The notes below the pieces were generated by a model, which saw only the letters and a list, made by a program, of their open reading frames with translations, was not told the DNA's origin and did no database searches. Source: Octopus sinensis (lineage: Eukaryota). Taken from it: 64,000 bases of DNA. Location: positions 1 to 64,000 of the forward strand of contig NW_021833893.1 in NCBI RefSeq assembly GCF_006345805.1, in the 5' to 3' direction. Below are positions 24,019-36,622 of this stretch, piece after piece (the stretch's first letter is position 1; every line of letters starts with the position of its first letter). Position numbers and translations under genes: made by a program.

Positions 24019-25449
24019 ATGAAATCATCAAGGCTTCAAGAACACTTGAATAAAATGCATGCTGATAGAGAAGAAAAAAATTTGAATTATTTTCAGTCCC
24101 TTAAAATAATTTTTCACATTAGAAAAACAATAGGAAGTTTTTCCTCCAGTTCATCTAGTCAATCTAGTGATGGTTTGCGCACTTCTTATAACATGTCACT
24201 TCTCAATGCGAAGTTCAGCAAACCTCACACAATAAGAGAACAGCTAATCTTACCAGCTGTAAAAGAAGTCCTGAAGATGGCACCAGAGCCAATTATCAAA
24301 GGTATTCCTCTGAGTAATAGCTCGGTCCAGAGGAGGGTGGATGAAATGGCAGAAGACATCAAAGACCAACTCTACACAATTCTGAAGAATACAGAATTCA
24401 GCTTGCAGTTGGACGAGTCTACTTTGCCAGGTAATGATACCCTCCTCCTCGTATATGTTCGTTTTGTGAAAGAGGACACTTTATGCCAAGACTATTGGAA
24501 ACTTTGCTCTTTGCCAGACTATTGGAAACTAATAGCAAGGGTGAATCCATTTTCAATGTGGTCAAGAGCTTTATTGACAAAAAGGATATCCCACTGAATA
24601 ATACTGCAAACTGATGGTGCACCATCAATGACTGGCTGTCATCGTGGCTTCATTAGTTATCTCAAAGTCAGCCTGCCTGATGTCTTTGTGATGCACTGGG
24701 TGACTCACTGACAACATCTTGTTGCACGAAACCTCAGAGGTCATCTTCACGATTCCCTAAACATGGTCGTCACTGCTGTGAATAAAATCAAACCTCATGC
24801 TTTGAACACTTGCTTGTTTCAACAGCTTTGCTTTGAAATCGATGAAGACTTTCAAAACTTGCTGCTCCACACAGAGGTGAGGTGGTTATCACAGTGAAAT
24901 TGTCAAGTGAAACTTGTTATGTATAAGCGCAATATTGGATGCAGGAAGTTTTTCCAGTTTCCTTGCTTATCTAGTTTTGAAAAGGATGGAAAACTAGCAG
25001 ACAAGGATCTGCTTGTCTTTTGCTCACACCTCACTGAACTGCACAAAGATATGGAGCATTGATTTCAAGATCTGTTTGCTCTTCGAGTTCCTGACTAGAT
25101 TGTCAACCCCTTCATTGACATCGGTGAAGAAGGGCATGGAAAGCTAGAAGAGGAGCTGATAACTCTTCAAAACGATATTGAATCGAAGCCTAAATTCAGC
25201 AAGTACGATCAAGTATTTTGGCTTCAAAAGGCTATCCGTGACCACTATCTGGAGCTTTGGAAGAAAGTCAAATTGTTTTTAATTTCCCTTCCAATATCTT
25301 ATTTGGTTAAGAGAGGATTCAGTGCAGTTGCTCGCCTTCTTACAAAACTGTAGTGTAAACTATGAATTATGGAATGTAGTGATCTCAGGCTTATTCAGCC
25401 TGAAGTTGAGAGGTTACTTTCACTTTACCAAGCTCATCCTTCTTATTGA
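24019..25449 (+). pseudogene. Buster-type hAT transposase (ZBED5/ZBED8/TcBuster-like), decayed and internally deleted
   Basis: KPHTI.EQLILPA, IPLSNSSVQRRVDEMAED, FSLQLDEST, TDGAPSM, LLHTEVRWLS, SYLV.RGFSAV, QAHPS. Confidence 0.9.
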
Positions 25450-26769
25450 ACCCCTTCCTAAAAGTCTACCTGGATGAGCTGTCTTTTATCTCTTTTCTTT
25501 TGCTATGAATACCGTAGCAACATATACTTTTTTAATGCATAAACTTTGTGTCATTTATACAAACAAACTCTTGTTATTGGTGCAATATTCCTTTCATACA
25601 GGACTTATAACATAGTGTTTTTTACACATTTCTTTGTTGCATGCATTTCTTTCCTTTTGTACCATTACCACTGCTACACTACTAGTAATCAAGACCTGCA
25701 CTTGCACCCACTTATTGACCACTGTATTTCATGATTTCTATTTCATGTAAAGTTGTGCATAGTTTTTTAGATGTCATAAATTATATACGGAAATTACGTT
25801 TACGGGCAGCATACTACTGACACTTGCTCTCAGTATGGTTGCATATTTTGTTCTTTATTTTTCGATTTTTGTATCACAATGTTGCTTCCGTTTTTTTCCT
25901 AATGCCTTATTGGCTTGTCACAGGATAATATAGTGATATATCAAAGCGAGTTAACTACCTTTCTTCACATATTGTTTTCTCCGTTTACTGAAATGCTATT
26001 GCTGCGCATGTGTACTGCACTTTGCTGAATGTCGCTGCTAAAGGTTCTTTTGCAAAACAGAGAGGTGACAAGATTTGTATCTGTTGTACCTTTAAGAGAG
26101 AACAGCAACTGAAGTGTGAATAATGTTAAACCATCAGAAGATCTTGGAAACTTTTGTCCAACAGCTTAATGCTTTTGAACACCTTTCTCACATTCCTGAA
26201 GAAAAAGGTTATTTCTTCTCTGTGAAAATTCAATTAATTCACTGTAAGTTTTGTATTATGATATGTCAACATAGATCATCATATATTCTCTGTTTACACC
26301 AAAAATGTCTTTCTTTGACACACTTAGCCATATCTGCTACACTTCCAATGTTTATTATTTGTATATATAATTTATAACAAATAAAATTATGGAGTTGTTC
26401 AAGAGACACGATGATTTAATTTCACACCTAACAAAGATACTTTGTAAAGTCCAAAGCCTTCTCCTTCTGATGTAATTAAAACCTTTAAAAAACACGCATG
26501 TCACTACACTGCTGACTTCTTCAATATATGTTGTAAATTTGTGCATTATTTTATCGAGTAAGAATACGTAATGAAGGTTTCTTTTTTGGCAGTGGATTAG
26601 GGGAAGTTATGAATTTATTATAATATTATTATAGTATTGTATACAAATTATATAATATATTAAATATGAAATGATTCATAATATATATAAATTAGTAAAA
26701 TATGAAATATTTATTTATACATAAAAATAGGGGTGGGGGCGCTGAGGGTATTATGTGGCCATGTGGGGG

Positions 26770-26799
26770 TCAGTGGCTCAAAAAGTTTGAGAACCTCTG
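26770..26799. mobile_element. Right TIR of a Buster-type hAT element
   Basis: AAAAAGTTTGAGAACCTCTG (reverse complement CAGAGGTTCTCAAACTTTTT) followed by CAATAGAG, with TA at positions 4-5. Confidence 0.65.
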
Positions 26800-27149
26800 C
26801 AATAGAGAGATGTTATTGTTTCACTTTTGATACGAGTGAGCGAGCAAGCATGCATGCGTGTGAATAGGTAGACAAGTTGTCAAACAGTCAGAAAGTTATC
26901 AAGTGAATTCTTATTGCTAGCAATTAATAATGAAACTAGTAACGGTTGCCATGACTAACCATTTGTGAATAGATCAAATAGTGTAATGATGTTACACAAT
27001 AGAGTGACTAACTTAAAGAGTTTAGTAATGCTAATAAAATTGCTAGTGTATATAAACTAAATTAGACGGACATGTCTGTAAGACTTTAATGAGTTACTGA
27101 CTCATCCACTCAAAACAACAATTTTGATAGTCACACTAACAATGATAAC

Positions 27150-28000
27150 GACTATAACAAGAATAGCAGTAAATGGGATAATTAGTGAGAGAAGGGAAAA
27201 TATAAATATAGTTTGAGTCAGAACTTTAGTATGAGTTTTTTATTATGGCAGTGATAGTGGTGGTGGTAGTACCAATTCAACGGTGGTAGTGATATTTATT
27301 GGATGGTAGTGTTAATGATGAATCTAGTAAGATTGGCAGTGTTAATGAGGAGCTGTTAGTGATAGGGGTGTAGCTGTGGTGGCAGTTGTAGTCAAGTGTT
27401 ATTAGTGGTATTTACTAATTTAGTGGTGGATATAGGTAGACATGGCAGTTCTTATTGTGGTACTATGTTGTTGTTTAGCCCTAGGTGAGCATGGTTTGAA
27501 TAGACTTACGATCACAGTAATATCAAGGAACTGTGTAACTAGAACTACATCAGTTAATATGACACTCCTTTTTATTAAGTTGGCAGGAAATGATTCAAAG
27601 GAGATTCGGCTGTTAAATATAGTAGGTCAAGCAGCTACAGAGAGGCTTCCTTGTTGACTCATTTTGGTACAGGTGTTAGAAATGGTGGGGTATCCAGAAA
27701 TGAAGACATATTAGTGGTAGTAAAAGTGATATAGTGGGTAATGGTAAAAGTGTTGCTAGAAACATTGAGTTTAAGTAACTGTTTGATATTGTAGTAGAGG
27801 TAGTGATCATGTTGAGAGGTAGGGGTGATTCATGCCATTGTAGAGAGATATATCAAATTGGTTTATGGAGGGTGGTGGTAATAGTTGTGGTGCTCTTAAG
27901 GGATAGTAGTTTCTCATATGTATATAGGACAGAGGATTATCACTTTCATTAGAGTCATGTGGTGGAACAGATTGGGTTGTTACAGACATTTCTAATTATG
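27150..28000. repeat. Degenerate G/T-rich low-complexity tract (GGT/AGT/GAT)
   Basis: Direct reading; strong purine/T strand bias. Confidence 0.5.
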
Positions 28001-28329
28001 TTGAAGCTGTTTATGATGATGATGATCTTGATTAAGGGTGACAGTGATTGTAATGTCATTAATAAATATTAATAGGAGTAATAGATGGTCATATAACTAG
28101 ATCATATTATTAAGACACAAGATACTCAGTTAAGCAGTTTGGGACTTTAGTAACTGTAAACACTGTATCAATAGCCAAGCCAGAAAATTAAGCAGATAAC
28201 AAATAAATGTAACATTCCCAGATCAGAAATCTTTATCTTGAAATGAATCAATGTTGTTGTTTAAAACCAGATCAGCCTCATTAAGAAAAACCTGCTATCA
28301 AAAGTTTGTGGTTATCCTATCTTTTAGTT

Positions 28330-28440
28330 TTTCCAAACTATATGATCAATATTAAATGTGTCCTTTTTTTAAGACAGTAGAGTGAGATTTGAGGGAGATT
28401 TAACAGCTATTTCTAGCAGGTCAAGCAACTACATATAGGC
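28330..28440. repeat. Dispersed repeat family C (other copies near 28810, 38650, 43920-44110, 45320, 49340, 49670)
   Basis: Recurrent GATTTGAG...CTATTTCTAGCAGG and ATCAAAGGCATTCCA..ATGACC motifs. Confidence 0.55.
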
Positions 28441-29334
28441 TCTCTTTTAATTTGATAGCCTCTTTCCATTAAATCATTAGACTACCAACATCAAAATCCA
28501 ATATCATTAATGAAGAATAAATAATGGATTTGAATATGTAATCTATGAGCAAATAATTCAGTATTTTATCAACTTACCTAAATTGATAAAACATAGTTAA
28601 CTTGGGCATATTACTTAAGGTGCTGCTAACTGCTCACCAATAGAATCATAGTAAAGGTTATATAAGAGATGGGTTGTTAAGGGAATTTGTAATGGTGTTA
28701 AAGTTGTTGATGATTATGTTGGCAGATATTGAGATGAACCCAGTACCTTCCATGTACACATTTGAAAAAAGAGAAATATAAATGAAGAACCTTCTATCTG
28801 GTCACTGAAACTGCTAGAAATAGCAACCAAGCCTTCTTCAAGTCACACCCTTCTATCTTATAAAAGAGAATGTAGTTTGGAGTTCACAATTTGAAAATAA
28901 CACAATATTATGTTTGGAAGCTGCTTTAAACTGTTCCATCAGGACTGACCAAGGGCTAAACAACAACAACACAAAATACATCTAAAATTTTTCTAGAAGT
29001 ATAAAAATGTATTACGCTTGAATACAGCAAAAATGAATGCTGTAAGTCAGGCCTTGTGAAGCATTTAGGAATATCAGATGTTTTACTGTTTTCTACATGT
29101 AGAATGGGAATTTTTTCTCATTCTGCATATGGAGCCCAAATGTTGTAGACAACACAGAAGGTGGGTATTACAGTGGCACAGATGAGTCACAGCTGAGATG
29201 TTAAGTTGTTGTTGGTTTGCCAGGCAGAAAGGTTTGATTTTACTAGTGTTTCATTTATCTTCCCAGCAAAAACAAGTCTATTCATTACGAAAATCAAGTA
29301 TAGTTTGTTGCCGTAAACAGTAGGAGCACAGTAC

Positions 29335-29725
29335 ACACCCCTCTAAACTCTTGAATATAAATTTTACATTCAGAGGATATCAACATTTTCTCAACAGCAG
29401 ACATGATGGCATCATCACCATTATACTGGTTTCCAGCCAAATGTTTTTTCATTATTGAGGGAACAGATGATAGTCAGATGGGGCCAAACGAAGAGAAAGG
29501 TGATCAACCAGTTCAAAGCCACTGTCATGCACAGCAGCCACTGAAAGCAAGGGGTTGTGTGCTGGAGCATTGTCTTCTTGAAATAAGAACCCCTTTCATC
29601 AGTGTTCCTGGGAGTTCAGTTTTGATAGCATTTTGTAACTGCCTCAGCAAGTTGGCATAATACACTTCATTGATGGTGTGACCCTTTTGAAGATAGTCAA
29701 TAAACACAATGCCATCACATTCCTT
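29335..29725 (-). mobile_element. Mariner transposase remnant (irritans/Himar-like)
   Basis: GIVFIDYLQKGHTINEVYYANLLRQLQNAIK...KGVL; decayed APSD..L region downstream. Confidence 0.8.
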
Positions 29726-30039
29726 GCAGATGAAACAAACTTAGCTTTCTTTGGAACAGGTGTTTCTATGGCATGGATCTCTCTTTGGCTCAGTGATGCA
29801 GAGGCTTACTAGTGATACTCCTTTCTCTCAATGTCTTACCTGATGCCATGATGAAAACAGTCTAACTCACTTAGCTGTAAGGATACACAGCCATCATAAA
29901 CAAATCAACCTATAGATGCACTTTCTGAGTTGATCCTTAAAGAAACTAGCCACAATTACAAAAAAGCCGGACATTTTTCATGAGTATGTCAGACAAAAGA
30001 TTCTCAGCATCACTATCTATAATCTTCATTACAACAAGA

Positions 30040-30460
30040 GCATATGAAGAAAACACACTTGAAAAGCTTCAAGAATAACATTATTCAAGCTGTATTGCTT
30101 CTACACACACAGGCATCCTGGATGGCATTCAAAGAAGAGCCACTCAACTAACATTAAATTCTTACAGACTCTAGCCTCTAGCTTATAGCTATGCCTGTCT
30201 CTTTTGTCTGTCTTTTTTTATTGTGGCAATAATGGCCTCAATTCCTTTGCAGTTGGCGGGTCTGTACCTTCTTCACACTGGCACTTCAAACACACATGTC
30301 TCTACTTCTCCTCACTCTTGTATCCAACTCACCGATTCTACACTAACCAATATGTATAGTCCTTCATTTCTGGAACAACAGCCTCTAGAATGTCTGCTCT
30401 GCTCATGTGTTGATATGTGTCATGTTCACCGGTCATAAAAAACCAGCAAAGGACATAGAC
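30040..30460 (+). mobile_element. Decayed L2/CR1-like LINE 3' fragment
   Basis: QRRA..L...PLA...SLFY...NGL-like translation, homologous to 30720-30950. Confidence 0.45.
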
Positions 30461-30719
30461 ACTGCTTCTTCCACTAAATTCAAAAGGCAAAAAAAAAAAA
30501 TATATATATATATATAGGACAAAACTTAGAAGGATATGATGATCCCCAATTGCTGCAAATTCTAAATTTTGCTCAGTTACTTTTTGCATACTAAAATTTT
30601 CTTGAGAAAAGTCTTAAGAGTAAATTCTTCCTCTGACTGCATGATTACATGACTAACTAGGTCTGAAAGGTAGAGAAACAAATGGATAGGAATGCCTAAA
30701 TGGAAGAGGTACAGGAACA

Positions 30720-30950
30720 GACAGTTATGAGGAACAGAGGTCTTTATAGTAAATGAAAAGATAGAGAGAAGGGACAGCATGCATGGGTGCCAGAGATTTG
30801 AGAGTATCTGCGGGTAATTTAATGCTAATCAGTTGAGAGAATAAACAGTCCACAGTAAGCTTCATTTGAGCATTGTAGAGCATCAGTAATTGTTGGGTGT
30901 TGAAATATTTTCTAGCCCAGAAGAGGTGGGCCAATTTTGGGGATGCAAAT
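30720..30950 (-). mobile_element. Decayed L2/CR1-like LINE fragment
   Basis: LAHLFWARKYFNTQQLLMLYNAQMK...AVPSLYLFIYYKDLCSS resembles the RARKYF..LL.LYKAQ and SLFYRYY.GLCSSEL motifs. Confidence 0.6.
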
Positions 30951-31887
30951 GAGGCTATGGTAAGGATATGCCTTTACCAGGGGAGATTATGTGACACCCA
31001 GCATTTGAAGTAACCATTAAAACTCTTGCTAAATCTCACTCATGTTTAGCAAGTGGAGTAGTACAATGGTGTTTTCTTGATAGTCAAGCTCAATCATATC
31101 AAGAAACGATAGAGCTTGAGATTTTCTGCTGTTAAAAGAGACAACATTGGCACCACTACTAGATATTCACAAGGTCACCAATCATGAAATCAGTGCAGGT
31201 TTGACATATGGGATCTAGGTGGTTACATGTAGAAAATATCTGTTTGAGGAATGTTAGAAAAGAATGAAGGCTTGTATCATCAACATAAGGGTACCCATTG
31301 TGGTTTTCCATGCACTACCTGCCAGAAATTAAAACCAAATTTCTTTTAAATTACATTGAATAGTCTTAAATAAGGAGGATACTTTATAAGAAAAAAGTGG
31401 GCTGACACTGTTGACAAGAGACTAAACATCATCTCACAAAAACACTCTTCAGACAAACTGACACTGAAACATACAGGCCTGAACACACAACTGCACACAC
31501 ACACATACATACATATGTCATTCCTAAACAATAGAGTCAGAAATGATCTAGTTCACCAAATATTGTAATTTCTTCAGATTTGTAGGTCTGCAATAGAGAG
31601 ATGTTATTCAAAGGAGTTGGAGAATTTTTTTTGCCCACCCTTTTGTTTCAGTAATTTTTCAGTTTTGAGTCCCTCTGAAAAATCTTTTTCAGACTTGTTT
31701 TAAACATCTGGTATAATGATTCTTCAAAAATATGCATAACTGAAGAAGTCAAAACTGAAACTTACAGAAAAAGTTAACAGTAAAACCTCTACCAAACCAC
31801 ATTCTGCTCCCTGGCCTCACCCAGATTTACACACACCTTTATAAATATCTCTCTTTCTGTATTGTGTGTGTGTGTATGTGTGTGTAC

Positions 31888-33003
31888 GCAGAGACCATCT
31901 TCTGCCACATTACAGGGAGAAAAACTAGAAATAGTTGATAGCTTCCGTTACCTAGGTGACCAAGTCAGTAGCGGGGATGGGTGTGCTGAAAGCGTAACTG
32001 CTAGATTAAGAATAGCCTGGGCAAAGTTCAGAGAGCTCTTACCTCTGCTGGTGACAAAAGGCCTCTTGCTCAGTGTAAAAGGCAGATTGTATGACGCATG
32101 TGTACGAACAGCCATGCTACATGGCAGTGAAACATGGGCCATGACTGCTGAGGATATGCGTAAGCTCGCAAGAAATGAAGCCAGTATGCTCCGATGGATG
32201 TGTAATGTCAGTGTTCATACTTGACAGAGTGTAAGTACTTTGAGAGAAAAGTTGGACCTAAGAAGCATCAGTTGTGGTGTGCAAGAGAGACGTTTGTGCT
32301 GGTCTGGTCATGTGGCGAGAATGGATGAAGATAGTTGTGTGGAAAAGTGCCACACCCTAGCGGTTGAGGGAACCTTTGGAAGAGGTAGACCCAGGAAAAC
32401 CTGGGACGAGGTGGTGAAGCATGACCTTCAAACTTTAGGTCTCACTGAGGAAATGACTAAAGACTGAGACCATTGGAAGTATGCCGTGCGTGAGAAGACC
32501 CGGCAGGACAGGTGAGGCCATAATCCCGTGGCCTCTACCTGGCATGTAGCCAGCCCACTTATGCGTTCCTTTCCTTCTTGGGACACAAAACTCCACTTGT
32601 GAAGACCTGTTGAGGCAAGTGAAAATCAAAATCAAAATCGTAATCTATCAATATTAGTGGAATTTGTAGCTGTGATACCAGTGCCGGTGGCACGTAAGAG
32701 AACCATCCGAACGTGGCCATAGCCAGCTCCGCCCTGAGTGGCTTCCGTGTTGGTGGCACGTAAAAAGCACCATCCGATCGTGGCCGTTTGCCAGCCTCGT
32801 TTGGCACCTGTGCCAGTGACACGTAAAAAGCACCCACTAAATTCATGGATTGGTTGGCGTTAGGAAGGGCATCCAGCTGTAGAAACACTGTCATATCAGA
32901 CTGGGCCTGGTGCAGCCTTCTGGCTTCCCAGACCCCAGTTGAACCGCTCAACCCATGCTAGCATGGAAAGCAGACATTAAACGATGATGATGATGATGAT
33001 GAT
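31888..33003 (+). mobile_element. RTE family 1, 5'-truncated
   Basis: EKLEIVDSFRYLGD, RIAWAKFRELLPLL, LHGSETW, GRPRKTWDEVV; (GAT)n tail. Confidence 0.92.
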
Positions 33004-33325
33004 GGTATATATATATGTATGTATAAACATATAAGAAATTAAAATGACAAAGGAATAAGAAATTATGTCATGAACTGTATTAGCTTACACCTGTTTTGGC
33101 TATAAGATGCAATGCACTCATAGTTGAGTGTTTATTTATCATGCTATCGCTTTATCGGAGATTCAAAAATGAAGTGCAATTTTGTTTGGGAAAGCATTTA
33201 CATTTATACATATTCATAGAAAAGCATTACCATAAAAAAAAAGCATATGTAGGAAATGAAGTAGGGGGATGCAAAAAAACTTGTCCACAGACACATATAA
33301 ACTCAGATAAAGACATTCATATGTA

Positions 33326-33669
33326 TTGGGTAATCCCATGAATAATGCAGTTTTTTAATACTTCTTTTATTTTTCAAAATTAAGATAAAGTTGTTTTTTT
33401 TAATCTAAAATCTCCATTTTCTACAATGCTCTTCCATCTATCTGGTAGACTAGCAAGGACCCTCTTCCAAAATTCACTTGTCTGTGACGAAAAATACTCT
33501 TCCAGTACTGTTCTGACCTTGTCTACAGAAGTCATATATTTTCTATCCAAATGATTTTGAAGACTGCGGAATAAATGAAAATCAGATGGGGCAATGTCAG
33601 GCAAATATGGTGGGTGGGGCATCATTTCCCATTCAAACTGCTCCAGCCTTTGGAATGTCATCCTTGCTG
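33326..33669 (-). mobile_element. Mariner C-terminal fragment with 3' TIR
   Basis: PHPPYLPDIAPSDFHLFRSLQNHL; TA|TTGGGTAATCCCATGAAT terminus at 33324-33343. Confidence 0.88.
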
Positions 33670-33671
33670 TA

Positions 33672-33840
33672 CGTGGTCTGATCAATAAGTATCTGGACTG
33701 TTGCTACAGTAACAAAGCTAAAGCATGCAGAATGAAGCCACTTGGCACAGATTGACCTTGAACTCTGTTGTGCATGTGCACAAAGTTTTGACATTCTAGC
33801 TCACTTCCATTTTTTACAGCAGTGCTTGGAAGGAACTCAG
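33672..33840 (+). mobile_element. Left end of a second mariner-type element
   Basis: TA|CGTGGTCTGATCAATAAGTATCTGGACTG resembles irritans-type TIRs. Confidence 0.5.
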
Positions 33841-33988
33841 AACAAAGACGGACAAAATTCCGACAAGCATTTTGCCCAACATGCTAACAATTCTATCAGC
33901 TCACTGTCTTCACAATAGTTTTACATATATATATATATATGTGTGTATGTGTGTGTATAAATATATATATGTATATATATATATATAT

Positions 33989-34294
33989 CATCATCATCAT
34001 CATCATTTAGCGTCCGTTTTCCATGCTAGCATGGGTTGGACGGTTCTACTGGGGTCTGTGAAGCCAGAAGGCTTCATCAGGCCCAGTCAAATCTGGCAGT
34101 GTTTCTACGGCTGGATGCCCTTCCTAACGCCAACCACTCCGTGAGTGTAGTGGGTGCTTTTTACGTGCCACCCGCACTGGTGCCAGACAGAGCTGGCAAA
34201 CGGCCACGAACGGATGGTGCTTTTTATGTGCCACCGGCACGAGGGCCAGGCGAGGCTGGCAACGGACACGAAACGGGGCGGTGCTGGCAACGGT
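33989..34294 (-). mobile_element. RTE family 1 3' UTR-only copy inserted in (TA)n
   Basis: Reverse complement of 20054-20359. Confidence 0.92.
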
Positions 34295-34349
34295 ATATAT
34301 ATATATTCTTCAAGCTGGCAGAATCATTAGCATGCTGGAGAGCAAAATG

Positions 34350-34790
34350 TCCATTTTTATGTTTGCATTATAATAAAAGCAAAATTTCTTCCTTGTGAGA
34401 CCTTGCTGCATACAATCAAGCCCTATGCATAGCACATGTGGAAACCTGACATCTGCCCTGATATAGAGGATGCAGAAGTACATGTACCAAAATATACTAT
34501 ACTGCGAACAGACAGAAGGGAAAGGAGCCATGGTGGAGTTACTGTGTACATCCATGATGACCTTACACCCCAGGTCTAACTGTCATACTCAAATTCAGTA
34601 TGTGACACTCTAGCTGTATACTTAAGACAACATAATATAGTCATATGCAATACATATTGCCCACGAGATGCTCCAAACCACATAGGCAAGTTTGAAGATT
34701 GAAGGAAATCTTCATGAAACTGGAACACCACTTGATCATATTTCTTATGGGTGATTTCAACTTCCCCAATGTCAAATGGCCTGAAGGTCT
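34350..34790 (+). mobile_element. CR1-group APE endonuclease fragment, preceded by a SINE A head at 34311-34345
   Basis: RTDRRERSHGGVTVY, SYSNSVCD, GDFNFPNVKWPEG; homologous to 12570-12960. Confidence 0.85.
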
Positions 34791-34832
34791 CATATATATA
34801 TATATATACATATATATACATATCTCTTTCTC

Positions 34833-34975
34833 TTTTACTTGTTTCAGTCATTTGACTGTGGCCATGCTGGAGCACCACCTTTAGTCAAGCAAATCGACCC
34901 CAGGACTTATTCTTTTGTAAGCCCAGTACTTATTCTATCGGTCTCTTTTGCCGAACGGCTAAGTTACGGGGACAT
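34833..34975 (-). mobile_element. SINE family B 3' fragment
   Basis: CTTGTTTCAGTCATTTGACTGTGGCCATGCTGGAGCACC. Confidence 0.85.
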
Positions 34976-35044
34976 ATACATATATACACACACACAGATA
35001 TATATACACACATATATATGCATATACATATATATACAAATATA

Positions 35045-36205
35045 TCATCATCTTCATCATCGTTTAACATCTGCTTTCCAAGCTAGCATGGGTTGCACGA
35101 TTTGACTGAGGACCGGTGAACCAGATGGCTCCACCAGGCTCCAATCTTGATCTGGCAGAGTTTCTACAGCTGGATGCCCTTCCTTTCACCAATCACTCTG
35201 AGAGTGTAGCGGGTGCTTTTATGTGCAACTGGCATGAGGGCCAGTCAGGCAGTGCTGGCAACAGCCATGCCCAAATGGTGTTTTTTTTACGTGCCACTTG
35301 CACACCGGCACAAGTGCTAGTAAGGCGAAGCTGGTAACAATCATGCTCGAATGGTGCTTTTTTACGTGACACCAGCATGGACGCCAATTAGCCGCTCTGG
35401 TAACAATTTTGATTTCGATATAACTTGCCTCAACAGGCCTTCTCAAGCAGTGTCCAATGAAGGGAAGGTACGCATAAGTGGGCTGGTTACACCCCTGGCA
35501 TAGGCCACATGGTAATGGTCTCATTTGGCTTGCCATGTCCTCTCAAGCACATTATATTTCCAAAGGTCCAGGTCACTAGTCATTGCCTTGGTGAGGCCCA
35601 ATTTTCGATGGTCATGCTCCACCACCTAATCCCAGGTCTTCCTGGGTCTACCTCTTCTGCAGGTTCCCTCAACTGCTAGGGTGTGGCACATTTTGATACA
35701 GCTATCCACATCCATTCTTGCCACATGACCATACCAGTGCAGTCGTCTCTCTTGCACACCACATCTGATGCTTCTTAGGTCCAACTTTTCTCTCAAGGTA
35801 CTAACACTGTTGAGTATGCACACTGACATTACACATCCATTGGAGCATACTGGCTTCATTCTTTGTGAGCTTACACATGTCCTCAGCAGTCACGGCCCAT
35901 GTTTCACTGCCATGTAGCATGGCTGTTCATACACATGTGTCATACAGTCTAGTCTACCTTTTACTCTGAGTGAGAGGCCCTTTGTCATCAGCAGAGGTAA
36001 GAGCTCTCTGAACTTTGCCCAAGCTATATTTATTCTAGCAGCTACACTTTCAGAGCACCCTCCCCCACTACTGACTTGGTCATCTAGGTAACGGAAGCTA
36101 CCAACTACTTCTAGTTTTTCTCCCCGGAATGTGGCAGAAGTTGTTAAGTGCACATTTTCAGTGTTTATTGCTCCTGAGCATCTGCCACATACAAAGACTA
36201 TCTTC
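35045..36205 (-). mobile_element. RTE family 1, older diverged copy
   Basis: EKLEVVGSFRYLDD, RINIAWAKFRELLPLL, GRPRKTWD; last CxxC of the finger at 36180-36190. Confidence 0.9.
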
Positions 36206-36241
36206 TATATATACATATTTATATATATACATATGCATAAA

Positions 36242-36275
<34 letters not shown>

Positions 36276-36429
36276 TGAAATGGATAAATGAATTATCATG
36301 TTAAGGATTATTCAAAATTTAACCGATACCTGGGTAGCAAAAATCACAACAGAAAAAACACGGTTGAAGTTACGACCTTGGGGTGTCGCAACCGTGCCTT
36401 AGCGCGGATAATTGAAATTTAATATATTT

Positions 36430-36613
36430 AGTGAAGGGAAGAAATGGAGCTGAACGAAGATTCTACAGAATTCCTTTTATTATTTTCTACACATGTTTCA
36501 AAGTAGGTAAGGCATGCGTAAATTTGAATAAACTTTGGGTAGTTTTCGAGTTTCAGTGAGGCACACAAACAGACACACAGACAGACAGACATTCTCAACT
36601 TTATATATATAGA
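36430..36613 (-). mobile_element. Helitron-like 5' end (related copy on + strand at 52666-52830)
   Basis: TCTATATATATAAAGTTGAGAATGTCTGTCTG vs A|TCTTAATATATAAAACTGAGAATGTGGGTCTG. Confidence 0.55.
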
Positions 36614-36622
36614 CAATAATAA

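Noticed and set aside
26138-26243. Possible plus-strand exon KILETFVQQLNAFEHLSHIPEEKG... with GTAAGT donor
   Set aside because: Acceptor lacks a pyrimidine tract; lies between hAT ORF and TIR; no homology recognised
31740-31765. CTGAAGA AGT CAAA ACT GAAAC hammerhead-like core
   Set aside because: No helix III, NUH pairing or stem I; likely chance
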